NCBI GenBank assembly: GCA_965263295.1 | Contig: OZ253665.1 | Span: forward strand, 1,600,001-1,664,000 | Direction of reading: 5' to 3' | Length of the DNA stretch: 64,000 nucleotides | Source of the DNA: Spirochaetia bacterium | GTDB lineage: Bacteria; Spirochaetota; Spirochaetia; SP-2023 | Shown here: positions 42,844 through 52,174 of the stretch, in pieces | Numbering within the stretch: position 1 is the stretch's first letter | Layout of the letters: the number at the start of each line of letters is the position of its first letter | The notes under the pieces: model-generated | Databases searched by the model: none | Seen by the model: the letters and a program-made list of their open reading frames with translations, nothing else | Told to the model about the DNA's origin: nothing | Program-made: the position numbers and the translations under genes

Positions 42844-45111
42844 ATGAAGCAACACAGTGGTAAAGCAGCAAGCGGCAATTCTGGGCCAGTCAACGATCAC
42901 TCGCCTCATGTCCAATTGCCTCAGATTCATTTGCCCTACGTTCACTTGGCTTTTATCAATGCCGTCCAGCTAAGTTCTTACGCCTTGAAACCTTTAGAAA
43001 CTCAAGGCCATGAACAAAAAAATGGCCGCAGTGCCTGGGATCTAAGTCTCCAGCAATTGACTTGTCTACCCCATCGCCAGTTGCCTGAGCCGGTAATTGC
43101 CGGTGGCGGGTTGCCCGCCATCTGTCTGCTGCCTCCGGTTGGGGCCAAGCTGGAGGAAACTGTAGCCGAAGTTTTGCAGCCACAGCGTCTGCGCGAGCGG
43201 GGCCTTTATCCGATACATCTTGATAATTATTCCGAAAGTGCCTTACTTCGTGCTGTACAAAAGGGCATTGAAATTTTTTATCCGTATGCATTCCGTCCCG
43301 ATCCAGTGGCCAGGGCGCTGCAAAAGTACCTGGAATACCTAGAAAATCCCGACGGGGAGACAGGGCGCAGTTCCGTTGCCCAAGCTAAAACAGCTCAGGC
43401 GGTTTTGAGGGCTGTGGATGAAATTCCCAATGAAGGTTTCGATGAAGATGTGGGTCTGCCTTTGGCCATGCGTTTTCAAAAATCACATCTCAATGGGGAA
43501 CAACTTTTACTTTCTGATAATTTGACCTCCCGCCAGATCCATTTTTACTGGTTGGATGCAGATGCGCCATTGTTGTCTCTAGAATTGAGCCGTCAACTCT
43601 ACGACAGGCACCATCGCTATGCCGCTGAGCTGAGTTTTTCAGATATTTATCCGCGGGGTTTAGTGCCTGTGCTTTTTCAGGCGGCGGCGTTGGGGCGCCT
43701 GTGGCGTCTAAAACAAGACCCTGCCTCGCAACCGGACCCCGTGTCGTCAGCTCCTTTTGCACCGGCACACCGAGTTTTAGATTTGCCAGCCATTGCCGAG
43801 CGCGATTTCAATCTCTTTGCCGCAGAACCTCTGCCAGCGGACAAGGATTACCGTCTGTTGCGGCTGGAACTGCGGGCCGGCAATAAACGCCAGTTTCTGA
43901 TTTTGCAAAGTTTATGCCACAGCTTGGGCTTGCAGGCAGAATCGCCTGTTGCTTCTGTTGCGCCTGTTGCTTCTGTTGCGCCTGTTACAATGGGTTCGCC
44001 TGAATCCGCGACGGAGCGATCAGGACGCTATTTAGATATTTTGTCCTGGTTGGAAAATTCACCGCAGAGCCAGCGCAGTTTGCCGCGCTATTTTCCGATC
44101 CAGATCTCTGCTTTCTGTGCCCAGCGCTGTATTTTTTGTCCGTATCCTAAAATTATGAGCTCGGATTTTTTTCCGCCGCAGAGTCAGAGACTGCGGCAGG
44201 AGTTGCAAGGTTGTAGTCAGGCGGCTTTCATGCCGCGCACACTATGGCGCGATTTGCTGTCCGCCATCGCCGACTTTGCTGACGATGCTGTGATAAATCT
44301 TTCGCCCCTGGGTGAGCCCATGTTGCACCCGGAATTCGTCGGTCTAGTCGAAGATTTATTGCAGGGTCCGCAGAACCGGCAAAATACCAGGCTGCAGCTA
44401 CTTATTGAAACCAGCGGAGTTGAGTGGCAAGCCGAAGAGATTCTACACTTGCTGCAACTGGATCGTGAGCAGGGGCGGATCACCTGGATAATTAGTCTCG
44501 ATGCTTTGGATCCTGAATTATACCGGCAACTGCGAGCTCCCGACCAGGAGCTTTCGCCGCTGACGGGGATGACGCCGAGCCAAAAGAAAGCCCATGACAT
44601 GGTGGGATTGTTGCTAAGTTCCAGGCATAGTCAGCCACAACAGGTTTATGTGCAGGCGGTGCGCATGAAAGACAACGAGTCCGATCTGGAGGCATTTTAC
44701 CGTTACTGGGCCGAAGATCTCAAGCCGAGCAATGGTCGTGCGGCACTAGCTCTGCATCATGCCCCCGCCAGGCCTCCGTCGCAAAGGCCCCAGGTCATTG
44801 TGCAGAAGTACAATTCCTATGCGGGTTTGCTGCCGGAGCGTCAGTTGCTGCGACTGGATCCGGTCGAACGTTTCCCCTGTCGTCGTCTAGCTCGTGAGAT
44901 GGTATTTGGGATTGACGGGCAGGTTTATTTGTGCGTGCAGGATTTGCAGCAGGAACTGGCCGGGGAGCTGAAGCAGAACCTGGGCTGCTTTCCCAAACAA
45001 GGCCTAGAAGAACTTTGGCAGCATGGGCACAGTCTGTATCAGCAACATATCAAAGGTCGTTATCCCGGTATTTGCTCTAAATGTGATGAATATTACATTC
45101 ATAATTTCTAA
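42844..45111 (+). CDS. spiro-SPASM protein (radical SAM + SPASM with long N-terminal domain)
   Basis: CAQRCIFC (CxxxCxxC), GEP.LHP, IETSG, C-terminal C..L...C.QD...CSKCDEYY; N-terminal DAPLL and YP.GL.P segments fit the spirochete-specific family. Confidence 0.8.
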   Translation: MKQHSGKAASGNSGPVNDHSPHVQLPQIHLPYVHLAFINAVQLSSYALKPLETQGHEQKNGRSAWDLSLQQLTCLPHRQLPEPVIAGGGLPAICLLPPVGAKLEETVAEVLQPQRLRERGLYPIHLDNYSESALLRAVQKGIEIFYPYAFRPDPVARALQKYLEYLENPDGETGRSSVAQAKTAQAVLRAVDEIPNEGFDEDVGLPLAMRFQKSHLNGEQLLLSDNLTSRQIHFYWLDADAPLLSLELSRQLYDRHHRYAAELSFSDIYPRGLVPVLFQAAALGRLWRLKQDPASQPDPVSSAPFAPAHRVLDLPAIAERDFNLFAAEPLPADKDYRLLRLELRAGNKRQFLILQSLCHSLGLQAESPVASVAPVASVAPVTMGSPESATERSGRYLDILSWLENSPQSQRSLPRYFPIQISAFCAQRCIFCPYPKIMSSDFFPPQSQRLRQELQGCSQAAFMPRTLWRDLLSAIADFADDAVINLSPLGEPMLHPEFVGLVEDLLQGPQNRQNTRLQLLIETSGVEWQAEEILHLLQLDREQGRITWIISLDALDPELYRQLRAPDQELSPLTGMTPSQKKAHDMVGLLLSSRHSQPQQVYVQAVRMKDNESDLEAFYRYWAEDLKPSNGRAALALHHAPARPPSQRPQVIVQKYNSYAGLLPERQLLRLDPVERFPCRRLAREMVFGIDGQVYLCVQDLQQELAGELKQNLGCFPKQGLEELWQHGHSLYQQHIKGRYPGICSKCDEYYIHNF

Positions 45112-45120
45112 GGACGACGC

Positions 45121-45165
45121 GTGGGACACATGGCACACATGGCACACATGGCACAGATGGGACAC
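45121..45165. repeat. 5 x 9-bp tandem repeat between spiro-SPASM and uvrC
   Basis: GTGGGACAC ATGGCACAC ATGGCACAC ATGGCACAG ATGGGACAC. Confidence 0.85.
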
Positions 45166-45173
45166 TTGAAAAC

Positions 45174-47168
45174 ATGGGGCGTGTGAGTATAGCGGTCGAC
45201 ACTTGGGCGGGATTGCCTGAAGGGCTGCAACGCGATTTGACGGAGCTGCCGGAGCGGACTGGGGTCTATTTGATGCACAGCCACAATTCGCAAATTCTTT
45301 ACATTGGCAAGGCCGTGAACCTGCGTCACCGTGTGCGCTCCTACTTTACAGGTAACAAGGATTTAAAGACTGAGCTGTTGCGCCGCAAGGTGGCCCATGT
45401 CGAAGTCTTGCTCTGCGCCAACAACTACGAAGCCCTGATCCTTGAAAACAATCTGATCAAAAAGCACAAGCCGCGGTATAATATTCATCTCAAAGATGAT
45501 AAAAGTTATCCACTCATTTGCATCAGTCGCGAAGATTTCCCGCGTATTTTTAAGACGCGACAAGTGCGGCGCGATGGTTCACAGTATTTTGGGCCATATC
45601 CGGACAATGTGCAATTGGAAACCACATTGCAACTTCTCAGTGAGCTGTTCCCGCTGCGGCGTTGTAAAGGTGCCCTGCGGCAACGCTCCAGCCCCTGCCT
45701 GTATTACCACATGAAGCAATGCCTGGGTCCCTGTATCGGTGCAATCGACAAAGAGGGCTACCGGCGTCAGGTGCAGCGGGCCAAGCATTTGTTGCAGGGG
45801 ACAAGCAAGACTTTGCAGCAGGATTTGGAGCGTGATATGCGCCGGGCTGCCGAGTCATTGCGCTTTGAAGAGGCCGCGCGCTTGCGCGATCAGCTCCGCA
45901 GTCTACAAGGTTTGCAGCAGGATCAGGGCATGGAGCTGCAGGAGCGCCCAGAAGTCGGGCGCGATTACCTGGCCATGCTGCAGCTGGAGGATTACTACTT
46001 TTTTACGGTGTTGATCTTACGCGAAGGTAAGATCCTGGGGCACCATCATTACTCCAGCCGTTATTTGCTGGATGCCAGTGGCGCAGGTGAAGGAACGGAG
46101 CCAAAGGGAGAAGCCGCTCCGCCTTCGCTGCTAGGTGCTGCTTTGCAGCGAAAGCAGGCCTGGACTCAGGCCTTGCTGGAGTTTCTTTGCCAGTACTATT
46201 TGGAAAGTGGTCATGATCTCCCAGACGAGCTGTACCTGCCAGAGCTCGATTGGGACTGGGATGAACTTAAATTGTTCCTACAATTACTGGAACAGCAACG
46301 CGGTCGGCATTTTGTGTTACAGCCTTTCTCCCGCGAGCGCGAAGCGGCTAACAATCGCCTCCTCTTGTTGCGCGCGCGCGAGAACGCAATCCGCGAGCAG
46401 CAGCTTTGGCTGCGCTATCAGGGACGCGACCTGATGCTAGAGGAGTTGCGGGCCGCTCTCAAGCTGGAAGAGTTGCCCGAACACATTGAAGCTTTTGACA
46501 TCTCGCATATGGCCGGTCAGGATGCCGTCGCCTCGCTGATTGTCTTTCGTTCTGGGCGGCCAGCCAAGGAGCAGTACCGCAGTTTTAACTTGCGCAGCAC
46601 CGAGGGATGCATTGACGATTTCGCCTCAATTCAGGAGGCCGTGTCGCGACGCTACACGCGTTTGCTCAACGAGGGCGCCGAGTTGCCTGATTTGATTGTG
46701 ATTGATGGCGGCCAGGGGCAAGTCAATGCTGCCGCGCAAGTGCTGCGCGCCCTGGACTTGGGCATCCCGCTGGTAGGCTTGGCCAAACGCGAAGAAATAT
46801 TATTTTTTCCGGGTATCCCTCGCGAAGACGGCAAGCCGGATCCCGCTGTGGATACTTATTCTGAGCGCCGCGCTCCGCTCAATTTGCCCCTGAGCCACCC
46901 AGGGCTTAAACTGCTACAGCAGCTGCGTGACGAGGCCCATCGCTGGGCCCATGGGAAAAATCGCAAGCGTTATGAGAAACGCCTGACTGGGGGGCTGTTA
47001 GAAAATGTGCCCGGCGTGGGTAAAAAGCGCAGTGCGACACTTTTGCAACACTATGGCTCGCTGCCGGCGATGGCTGAGGCTAGCGTTGCCGACTTGGCCA
47101 AGGTCGGTGGCATGGGCGTGAGTGTCGCCGAGACTCTAGCCGAGTATTTGGCACGACGAAAATTGTAA
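45174..47168 (+). CDS. uvrC: excinuclease ABC subunit C
   Basis: GIY-YIG (GVY...YIGKA.NLR.RV.SYF), UVR domain, FDISH, DGG.GQ, LRDEAH, HhH tail. Confidence 0.96.
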   Translation: MGRVSIAVDTWAGLPEGLQRDLTELPERTGVYLMHSHNSQILYIGKAVNLRHRVRSYFTGNKDLKTELLRRKVAHVEVLLCANNYEALILENNLIKKHKPRYNIHLKDDKSYPLICISREDFPRIFKTRQVRRDGSQYFGPYPDNVQLETTLQLLSELFPLRRCKGALRQRSSPCLYYHMKQCLGPCIGAIDKEGYRRQVQRAKHLLQGTSKTLQQDLERDMRRAAESLRFEEAARLRDQLRSLQGLQQDQGMELQERPEVGRDYLAMLQLEDYYFFTVLILREGKILGHHHYSSRYLLDASGAGEGTEPKGEAAPPSLLGAALQRKQAWTQALLEFLCQYYLESGHDLPDELYLPELDWDWDELKLFLQLLEQQRGRHFVLQPFSREREAANNRLLLLRARENAIREQQLWLRYQGRDLMLEELRAALKLEELPEHIEAFDISHMAGQDAVASLIVFRSGRPAKEQYRSFNLRSTEGCIDDFASIQEAVSRRYTRLLNEGAELPDLIVIDGGQGQVNAAAQVLRALDLGIPLVGLAKREEILFFPGIPREDGKPDPAVDTYSERRAPLNLPLSHPGLKLLQQLRDEAHRWAHGKNRKRYEKRLTGGLLENVPGVGKKRSATLLQHYGSLPAMAEASVADLAKVGGMGVSVAETLAEYLARRKL

Positions 47169-47210
47169 GAGCCAGAAAACTGAAAACAAAGGGAGAACAG
47201 AGACAACATT

Positions 47211-48005
47211 ATGGATGGAATTATCATAGTTGGCTATGGCCGCATGGGCAAAGAAATCGAGATCCAAGCTGTCGCAATGGGTGTGGAAGTTTGTGCCGTG
47301 GCGAACAGCCATGCGGAGTTGCAAGCTCTCGGCCAGAATGGCGAGCTACATGCGGGGCGCATCGCCATTGAATTTACCGGCGGCCGTGCCGCCACAGCCA
47401 ACCTGCATTACTTGTTGCAGCACGATGTACCCGTCGTCTGTGGTTCGACACCCTGGACTGCGGAAACGCGTGATGCCATACTGGATTTGCTGAAACAACG
47501 CAGCGGTTATCTGATGTTCAGCAGCAATTACAGTCTTGGCGTAAATATTTTCTGGCGCGTGGTGCGCGAGGCCAGCCGCCTGATGAACCATTTTGAGCAT
47601 TATGACCTGGGCATTTGCGAGCGGCACCATGAGAGAAAGGTGGACTCGCCTTCGGGTACGGCACTGAGCACGGCACAGATTGTACTCCGAGAAGTAGAGC
47701 GTAAAACTCGCTTGCTCTGTGGCAATCCGCAAAACCCGGATGGCAGCGATCGCCCGATTGCCCCAGAAGAACTGCAGCTCAGTTCGCAGCGTGTGGGATA
47801 TGTCGCGGGAATGCACCAGCTGCTCTGTGACAGTCCTGAGGATAGTATCTGTATCTCGCACAATGCCCGTAACCGTGCGGGCTTTGCCCGCGGCGCCATC
47901 GCGGCATCTCGGTTCCTGCAAGAGCAAGTCCAGGCAAAACGCACTGGTTTTTTCAGTATGGATGACTTGATGAACTATTTTTTAACGAAGCGACAGAACC
48001 CTTGA
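47211..48005 (+). CDS. dapB: 4-hydroxy-tetrahydrodipicolinate reductase
   Basis: VGYGRMG, SNYSLGVN, E.HH..K.DSPSGTA, H.A..RAGFA.GA. Confidence 0.93.
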   Translation: MDGIIIVGYGRMGKEIEIQAVAMGVEVCAVANSHAELQALGQNGELHAGRIAIEFTGGRAATANLHYLLQHDVPVVCGSTPWTAETRDAILDLLKQRSGYLMFSSNYSLGVNIFWRVVREASRLMNHFEHYDLGICERHHERKVDSPSGTALSTAQIVLREVERKTRLLCGNPQNPDGSDRPIAPEELQLSSQRVGYVAGMHQLLCDSPEDSICISHNARNRAGFARGAIAASRFLQEQVQAKRTGFFSMDDLMNYFLTKRQNP

Positions 48006-48197
48006 GAAAAACAGGACTGAGACCTCTCTGCCAGACCATCTTGTAAAAATTTAGGCGTTATTAAAATTATATTTTAAAATGTTTCCAGGCCCTTCATTTC
48101 CAGAATTTCTAAACGTTATCGCTTCTGAAATATCGCCATGGGGTTTGAACTCCGAGACCTCTCTAGGCAAAAAAATCATAAGGAGTTGGCAAGCCTC

Positions 48198-48983
48198 CTA
48201 AAAATGTATGTGAAACAATACTGAAATCACTCTTCCAAGCATAACAAATCCCGCAATAAGAATGAGTATCCCAATTTGTCTGTAAATCTGTTCCGACTCG
48301 GATTTTTTGATCCACAGAGTCCCCAAATAAGCGCCTAGAGCTGTTGGCGGTGCGATAATCAACAACATCAAGAAATCTATCTTGCCCAGCCCAACGGCAC
48401 TGAGACTGGCACAGATTCCCGTGAGAGAGCCGATAAGCATGTTCGTTGCGCTAGCCTTCGCCACAGAAACTTTTAGAAACCTTATCATGAAAGGGAGTCT
48501 GATACTTCCAAGCATGATCCCCGTAATGCCCGAAGCGAGACCGAGTCCAAAGCCTGTGAGGGCAAAAGGCACTATCCCCCTCTCTCTTTCTCGCGCAACG
48601 GCATCCATATTCTTTAATTTTGCCCTAAAGTACATCTCCAAACCACACAAAATGATGATTATAGATACGATACCTTCAAGATAGGATGGATTCAGACCAG
48701 TCCCGATTCTAAAGCTAAGAATACCTCCTGCGGCCGAAGGAATGCCTATTTTGGCCAGCAGGGGGATATCAACCAGCTTCATCCTCATGCAATTCACGCT
48801 ACCGGTGAGACTTCCTAACGCCGAAATCGCCAGGTTCGTTGCGATACCGCAAATGGGGTTAGGCGAGAAATAAATCAGCAACGGCAGCCTTAATTGCCCC
48901 AGCATGATGCCAGCTCTGGCACCATACAGACTTAAAATAAAAGATAATATGGCTACTATACTATAATTTATAATGGTATTCAT
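48198..48983 (-). CDS. TauE/SafE (TSUP) family permease
   Basis: Hydrophobic 261 aa with two internal halves (G..LG..RLP twice; IATNL / SATNM); visibly AT-richer than flanking genes. Confidence 0.8.
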   Translation of the reverse strand: MNTIINYSIVAILSFILSLYGARAGIMLGQLRLPLLIYFSPNPICGIATNLAISALGSLTGSVNCMRMKLVDIPLLAKIGIPSAAGGILSFRIGTGLNPSYLEGIVSIIIILCGLEMYFRAKLKNMDAVARERERGIVPFALTGFGLGLASGITGIMLGSIRLPFMIRFLKVSVAKASATNMLIGSLTGICASLSAVGLGKIDFLMLLIIAPPTALGAYLGTLWIKKSESEQIYRQIGILILIAGFVMLGRVISVLFHIHF

Positions 48984-49001
48984 ACCAATTTTTCCTAAAG
49001 A

Positions 49002-49046
49002 ATTATAGCGAATAAACTAAATATTGATCAAGTCTTGCCCCCCCCC
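49002..49046 (-). promoter_or_regulatory. sigma70-type promoter with upstream G9 tract
   Basis: Minus strand: GGGGGGGGG (49046-49038), TTGATC (49031-49026), 18 nt, TATAAT (49007-49002), then AGGA and ATG 48983. Confidence 0.6.
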
Positions 49047-49059
49047 AGAGTCCCTGGCC

Positions 49060-49508
49060 GAGTAACCACGAAATACACCAAAAAATACGAAACGACACCA
49101 AAAATTCTAAAACACCGCGCCTGCTGCCTGGACGCCCCCCGCGGCTCCCGTCCTCCATCCGGCCCCTTTTTTTCTGTCACCCACAGCCCCCCATTTGCCA
49201 CCCACAGCTCCCCAGCCTAGATTTCGTGCCCTTTCGCCGTCTTTCGTGCAATTCGTGGTTACGGGCCAAGTAACCACGAAGAACACCAAAAAGTACGAAC
49301 GACACGAAAAATTCTAAAATTCTAAAGCGCCTGCTGCCTGGACGCACCCCGCGGCTCACGTCGTCCATCCGGCCCCTTTTTTTCTGTCACCCACAGCCCC
49401 CCATTTGCCACCCACAGCTCCCCAGCCTAGATTTCGTGCCCTTTCGCTGTCTTCGTGCCCTTTCGTGGTTCCTCTTTCGCAACCTTTCGTGTACTTTCGT
49501 GGTTACTC
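49060..49508. mobile_element. two tandem ~200-bp palindromic MITE/REP-like elements
   Basis: Copy 1 49062-49262 and copy 2 49270-49506 share a near-identical GC-rich core. Each is bounded by GTAACCACGAA...TTCGTGGTT(AC) inverted repeats with iterated ACGAA/TTCGT units. No transposase in the window. Confidence 0.7.
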
Positions 49509-49518
49509 TTTCGGATCC

Positions 49519-51711
49519 TTACTCCACCACCGTAAGTTCTAGCTCATCGTCGATCGTAAATTCTAGCTCAGCCATAGGGCCTGAAAAATAGGAAAAATAG
49601 GAATGAGACTCATGAGAAGCAGAGTAAAAATCTGTGTCCCCAAGTTTGTGATAATTAATCTCCTGACCATTATGATATTCAGTGTGGTAAGATTCATAGT
49701 CATGCTCACTTTTAGGGCAGAATATCATCGCATATGATGTTCGGAACTTATAACGACCGAGAGGAAAGGCGTTGCGGATAACAGTACTAAATAAAAAGCT
49801 ATGACCACCAAACCTTTCGTTGTAAATATAATTTTTGTCGTTGTAAATATAATTTTTGCTGTAAAGATCCAGCTCCCCTTCTATTCTAAGACCAGAAGGC
49901 AGATTGTCTCCTATCAATTCCGAGAAAATAGCCGTGAAATAAAGAGCCGGTACATGAAAATTATATGACCGCGTGCGTCTTAAATAAGTTCCCTCTTCAT
50001 ATGTTATCTGCTGAGGTTTGGGCGGCAGTGCCTGAACCCAGAACGTACGCTTTACCGAATCACTCTGACCACCAGCGCTAACTGTTGCCACGACTTCAAC
50101 CTTGGCAATATCATCCCACACATCATCCATCTTCACAATCTCTTCGGCTTTGGTCTCTTTACCCTTAAAGGGCGAGTAGACAGCTTCAATCTGATCCTCT
50201 GTCTTGCCCTTTAGGGGTGAATACAAGACCAGCTCAACTTCGCCCGTATTCTTCATCTCAATGTCCGTAAACTCCGGAGTCTCACCATTGACCGTCCAGC
50301 TGTAGCTCAAGGCATCGCCGTCTGGGTCTGAAGCACGCGCAATGAATTTCTGCGGCTCGGTGCCCGTATCCCAGTTGAGAACCGGTAGCCATAGATTTTC
50401 TTTTGGGGAAACAATAAACTCAATCGTCGGTGCTCCGTTGGCCAGCAAGCTCAAGCTGTAAATCGCCACGGCACTGCCGCCCTGCTGATCCGTGACCGTC
50501 ACCCGCACCCGGTAGGGCTGCTCGGCATTTGCTTCCAAACCCTGCGTTTTCAGCGTAAATTTCTCTGTACCTGCGCCCTTCGCGGCCCCAGGCGTCCAGT
50601 CCGCATCTCCGGGCGCCTGATAATCCCACTCGTATGTGGAGCCGCTCAGATCTTTGTGGCTGTCCACTACAAACTCGACATCCTCGCCCACCGTGGCTTC
50701 GCCAGCGGCCTTGCCAGAACGGCCGCCCGTCGGCTGCGTAAAGAACAGCAATGGCTGTCCATTCAGCCGCACTTCCACGATATTCGCTCCCGCCGACGCC
50801 AGCTCCGCTTCCTGGCCACTGCTGGTCGCCACAACCTTTACCTCGTAAATGCCCTCTGGGCGCGTCACAAAATTATATTTTAGACTTGCTTCCTCTCCTA
50901 TTTCTTCCCAATCAGACCAGCTGCCATCGTCCTTTTTCATATGCAGAAACCAGGCATAAGTCAGTCCCGGATTATCCGCCTTGGCGAGAAAATCCATGAT
51001 CGGGGAGTCCCCATCGTCCATTTGCAAAGTGCTTCGCCGATCCGCCGGCTTGGTGATCCGCAAGCCACCCGGCACCCATTCAAATTCATCAGGCATGGGC
51101 CAGCTTGCCACACTTATAACTCGTCCAACCTCAAGAGGATCGGAAACCTCGGCCACCAATTCCAGTTCGTCGACCGGAATGGCCTGCAATTGATCAAGCA
51201 ATTCAGAAGGCAAAGTTTCTTTCAATTTTTGCAGATTGAGGACCAGGAACGACTTATCCTCTTCTGGAGTCGTAATTAAATATTCAGTTGAATATTCAGA
51301 GGCATCAATGCCATCGTTATAATTGGCACTTCGTTGTAGCCAAAAAATTTCAGAAATTTCGCCCAGAGTTTCAGGAGAGCTTTCCTCGCCCCCTTCATTT
51401 TCTTCACCTTCGGCGGCTTCATCTGTCGCCACCTGCTGGCGCAGGCCCCAACGCACCGCCACGCCAGACCAGAAATCGGCAAACTTATCATCGGCAAGTT
51501 CGCCATCTTCGATGATAACGTAATCGTCTTTAATAAAGGAATCAATAGAAAACTTCAATTCCCCCGTATCCTCAAGTTTTTCGTCGCTCAACATCATAGA
51601 GGTTTTGGGCCCGGAGTCCGAATCGGATGAATCCTCACAACCCCAAACAAACAGGGCCAAAAGCGCGAAGCTGACGGCAAAGAGCCGTTTAAAAATTAGA
51701 CCAGATGACAT
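49519..51711 (-). CDS. large surface lipoprotein with Ig/PKD-like beta modules
   Basis: AAGGAGG RBS; signal peptide ending LFVWG-C; repeated Y.W and V.V.VTD..G motifs, NGAPTI, ASDPDGDALSYSW. Confidence 0.75.
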   Translation of the reverse strand: MSSGLIFKRLFAVSFALLALFVWGCEDSSDSDSGPKTSMMLSDEKLEDTGELKFSIDSFIKDDYVIIEDGELADDKFADFWSGVAVRWGLRQQVATDEAAEGEENEGGEESSPETLGEISEIFWLQRSANYNDGIDASEYSTEYLITTPEEDKSFLVLNLQKLKETLPSELLDQLQAIPVDELELVAEVSDPLEVGRVISVASWPMPDEFEWVPGGLRITKPADRRSTLQMDDGDSPIMDFLAKADNPGLTYAWFLHMKKDDGSWSDWEEIGEEASLKYNFVTRPEGIYEVKVVATSSGQEAELASAGANIVEVRLNGQPLLFFTQPTGGRSGKAAGEATVGEDVEFVVDSHKDLSGSTYEWDYQAPGDADWTPGAAKGAGTEKFTLKTQGLEANAEQPYRVRVTVTDQQGGSAVAIYSLSLLANGAPTIEFIVSPKENLWLPVLNWDTGTEPQKFIARASDPDGDALSYSWTVNGETPEFTDIEMKNTGEVELVLYSPLKGKTEDQIEAVYSPFKGKETKAEEIVKMDDVWDDIAKVEVVATVSAGGQSDSVKRTFWVQALPPKPQQITYEEGTYLRRTRSYNFHVPALYFTAIFSELIGDNLPSGLRIEGELDLYSKNYIYNDKNYIYNERFGGHSFLFSTVIRNAFPLGRYKFRTSYAMIFCPKSEHDYESYHTEYHNGQEINYHKLGDTDFYSASHESHSYFSYFSGPMAELEFTIDDELELTVVE

Positions 51712-51993
51712 ATCTGTATCCTCCTTATGAATGAATGTGGGCTACAAATTTTAAATGAGGAACGATATGAAATAGAAAATAATAATAATAATGGTTCGCA
51801 GGCACGGGCAAAATTGCCAATAGAAGCGCCTAGAACATTTCTAGTATATTGCCCAAAACCAACTTTTACAAGTATTTTAAAATATTTTACAAAATATTTT
51901 CGCCTAAATTTTCAGCGCTGGACTTTCAAGCTCTCGGTAAGCCATGGCCTTCAGTCTGTTATTATAATTATTTTTTATATAAATAATTATAAT

Positions 51994-52067
51994 CGCACCC
52001 TAGAGGATTCGAACCTCTGACCCACAGCTTAGAAGGCTGTTGCTCTATCCAACTGAGCTAAGGGTGC
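51994..52067 (-). tRNA. tRNA-Arg(TCT)
   Basis: GCACCCTTAGCTCAGTTGGATAGAGC...CT-TCT-AA...GGTTCGAATCC..AGGGTGCG; CCA not encoded. Confidence 0.95.
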
Positions 52068-52174
52068 CAAAATATTTGCAGTATTTTAGCGGACTTTTTT
52101 ACTCGGGACAAGAAGCTTATTTTGCCAACTGCCCAGAGCTTTTCAAACAATCAGTCTGGCGCTAAACTGGCCCA

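Noticed and set aside
49060..49508. Possible CRISPR array
   Set aside because: Only two ~200-bp units with near-identical cores rather than unique spacers; no cas genes.
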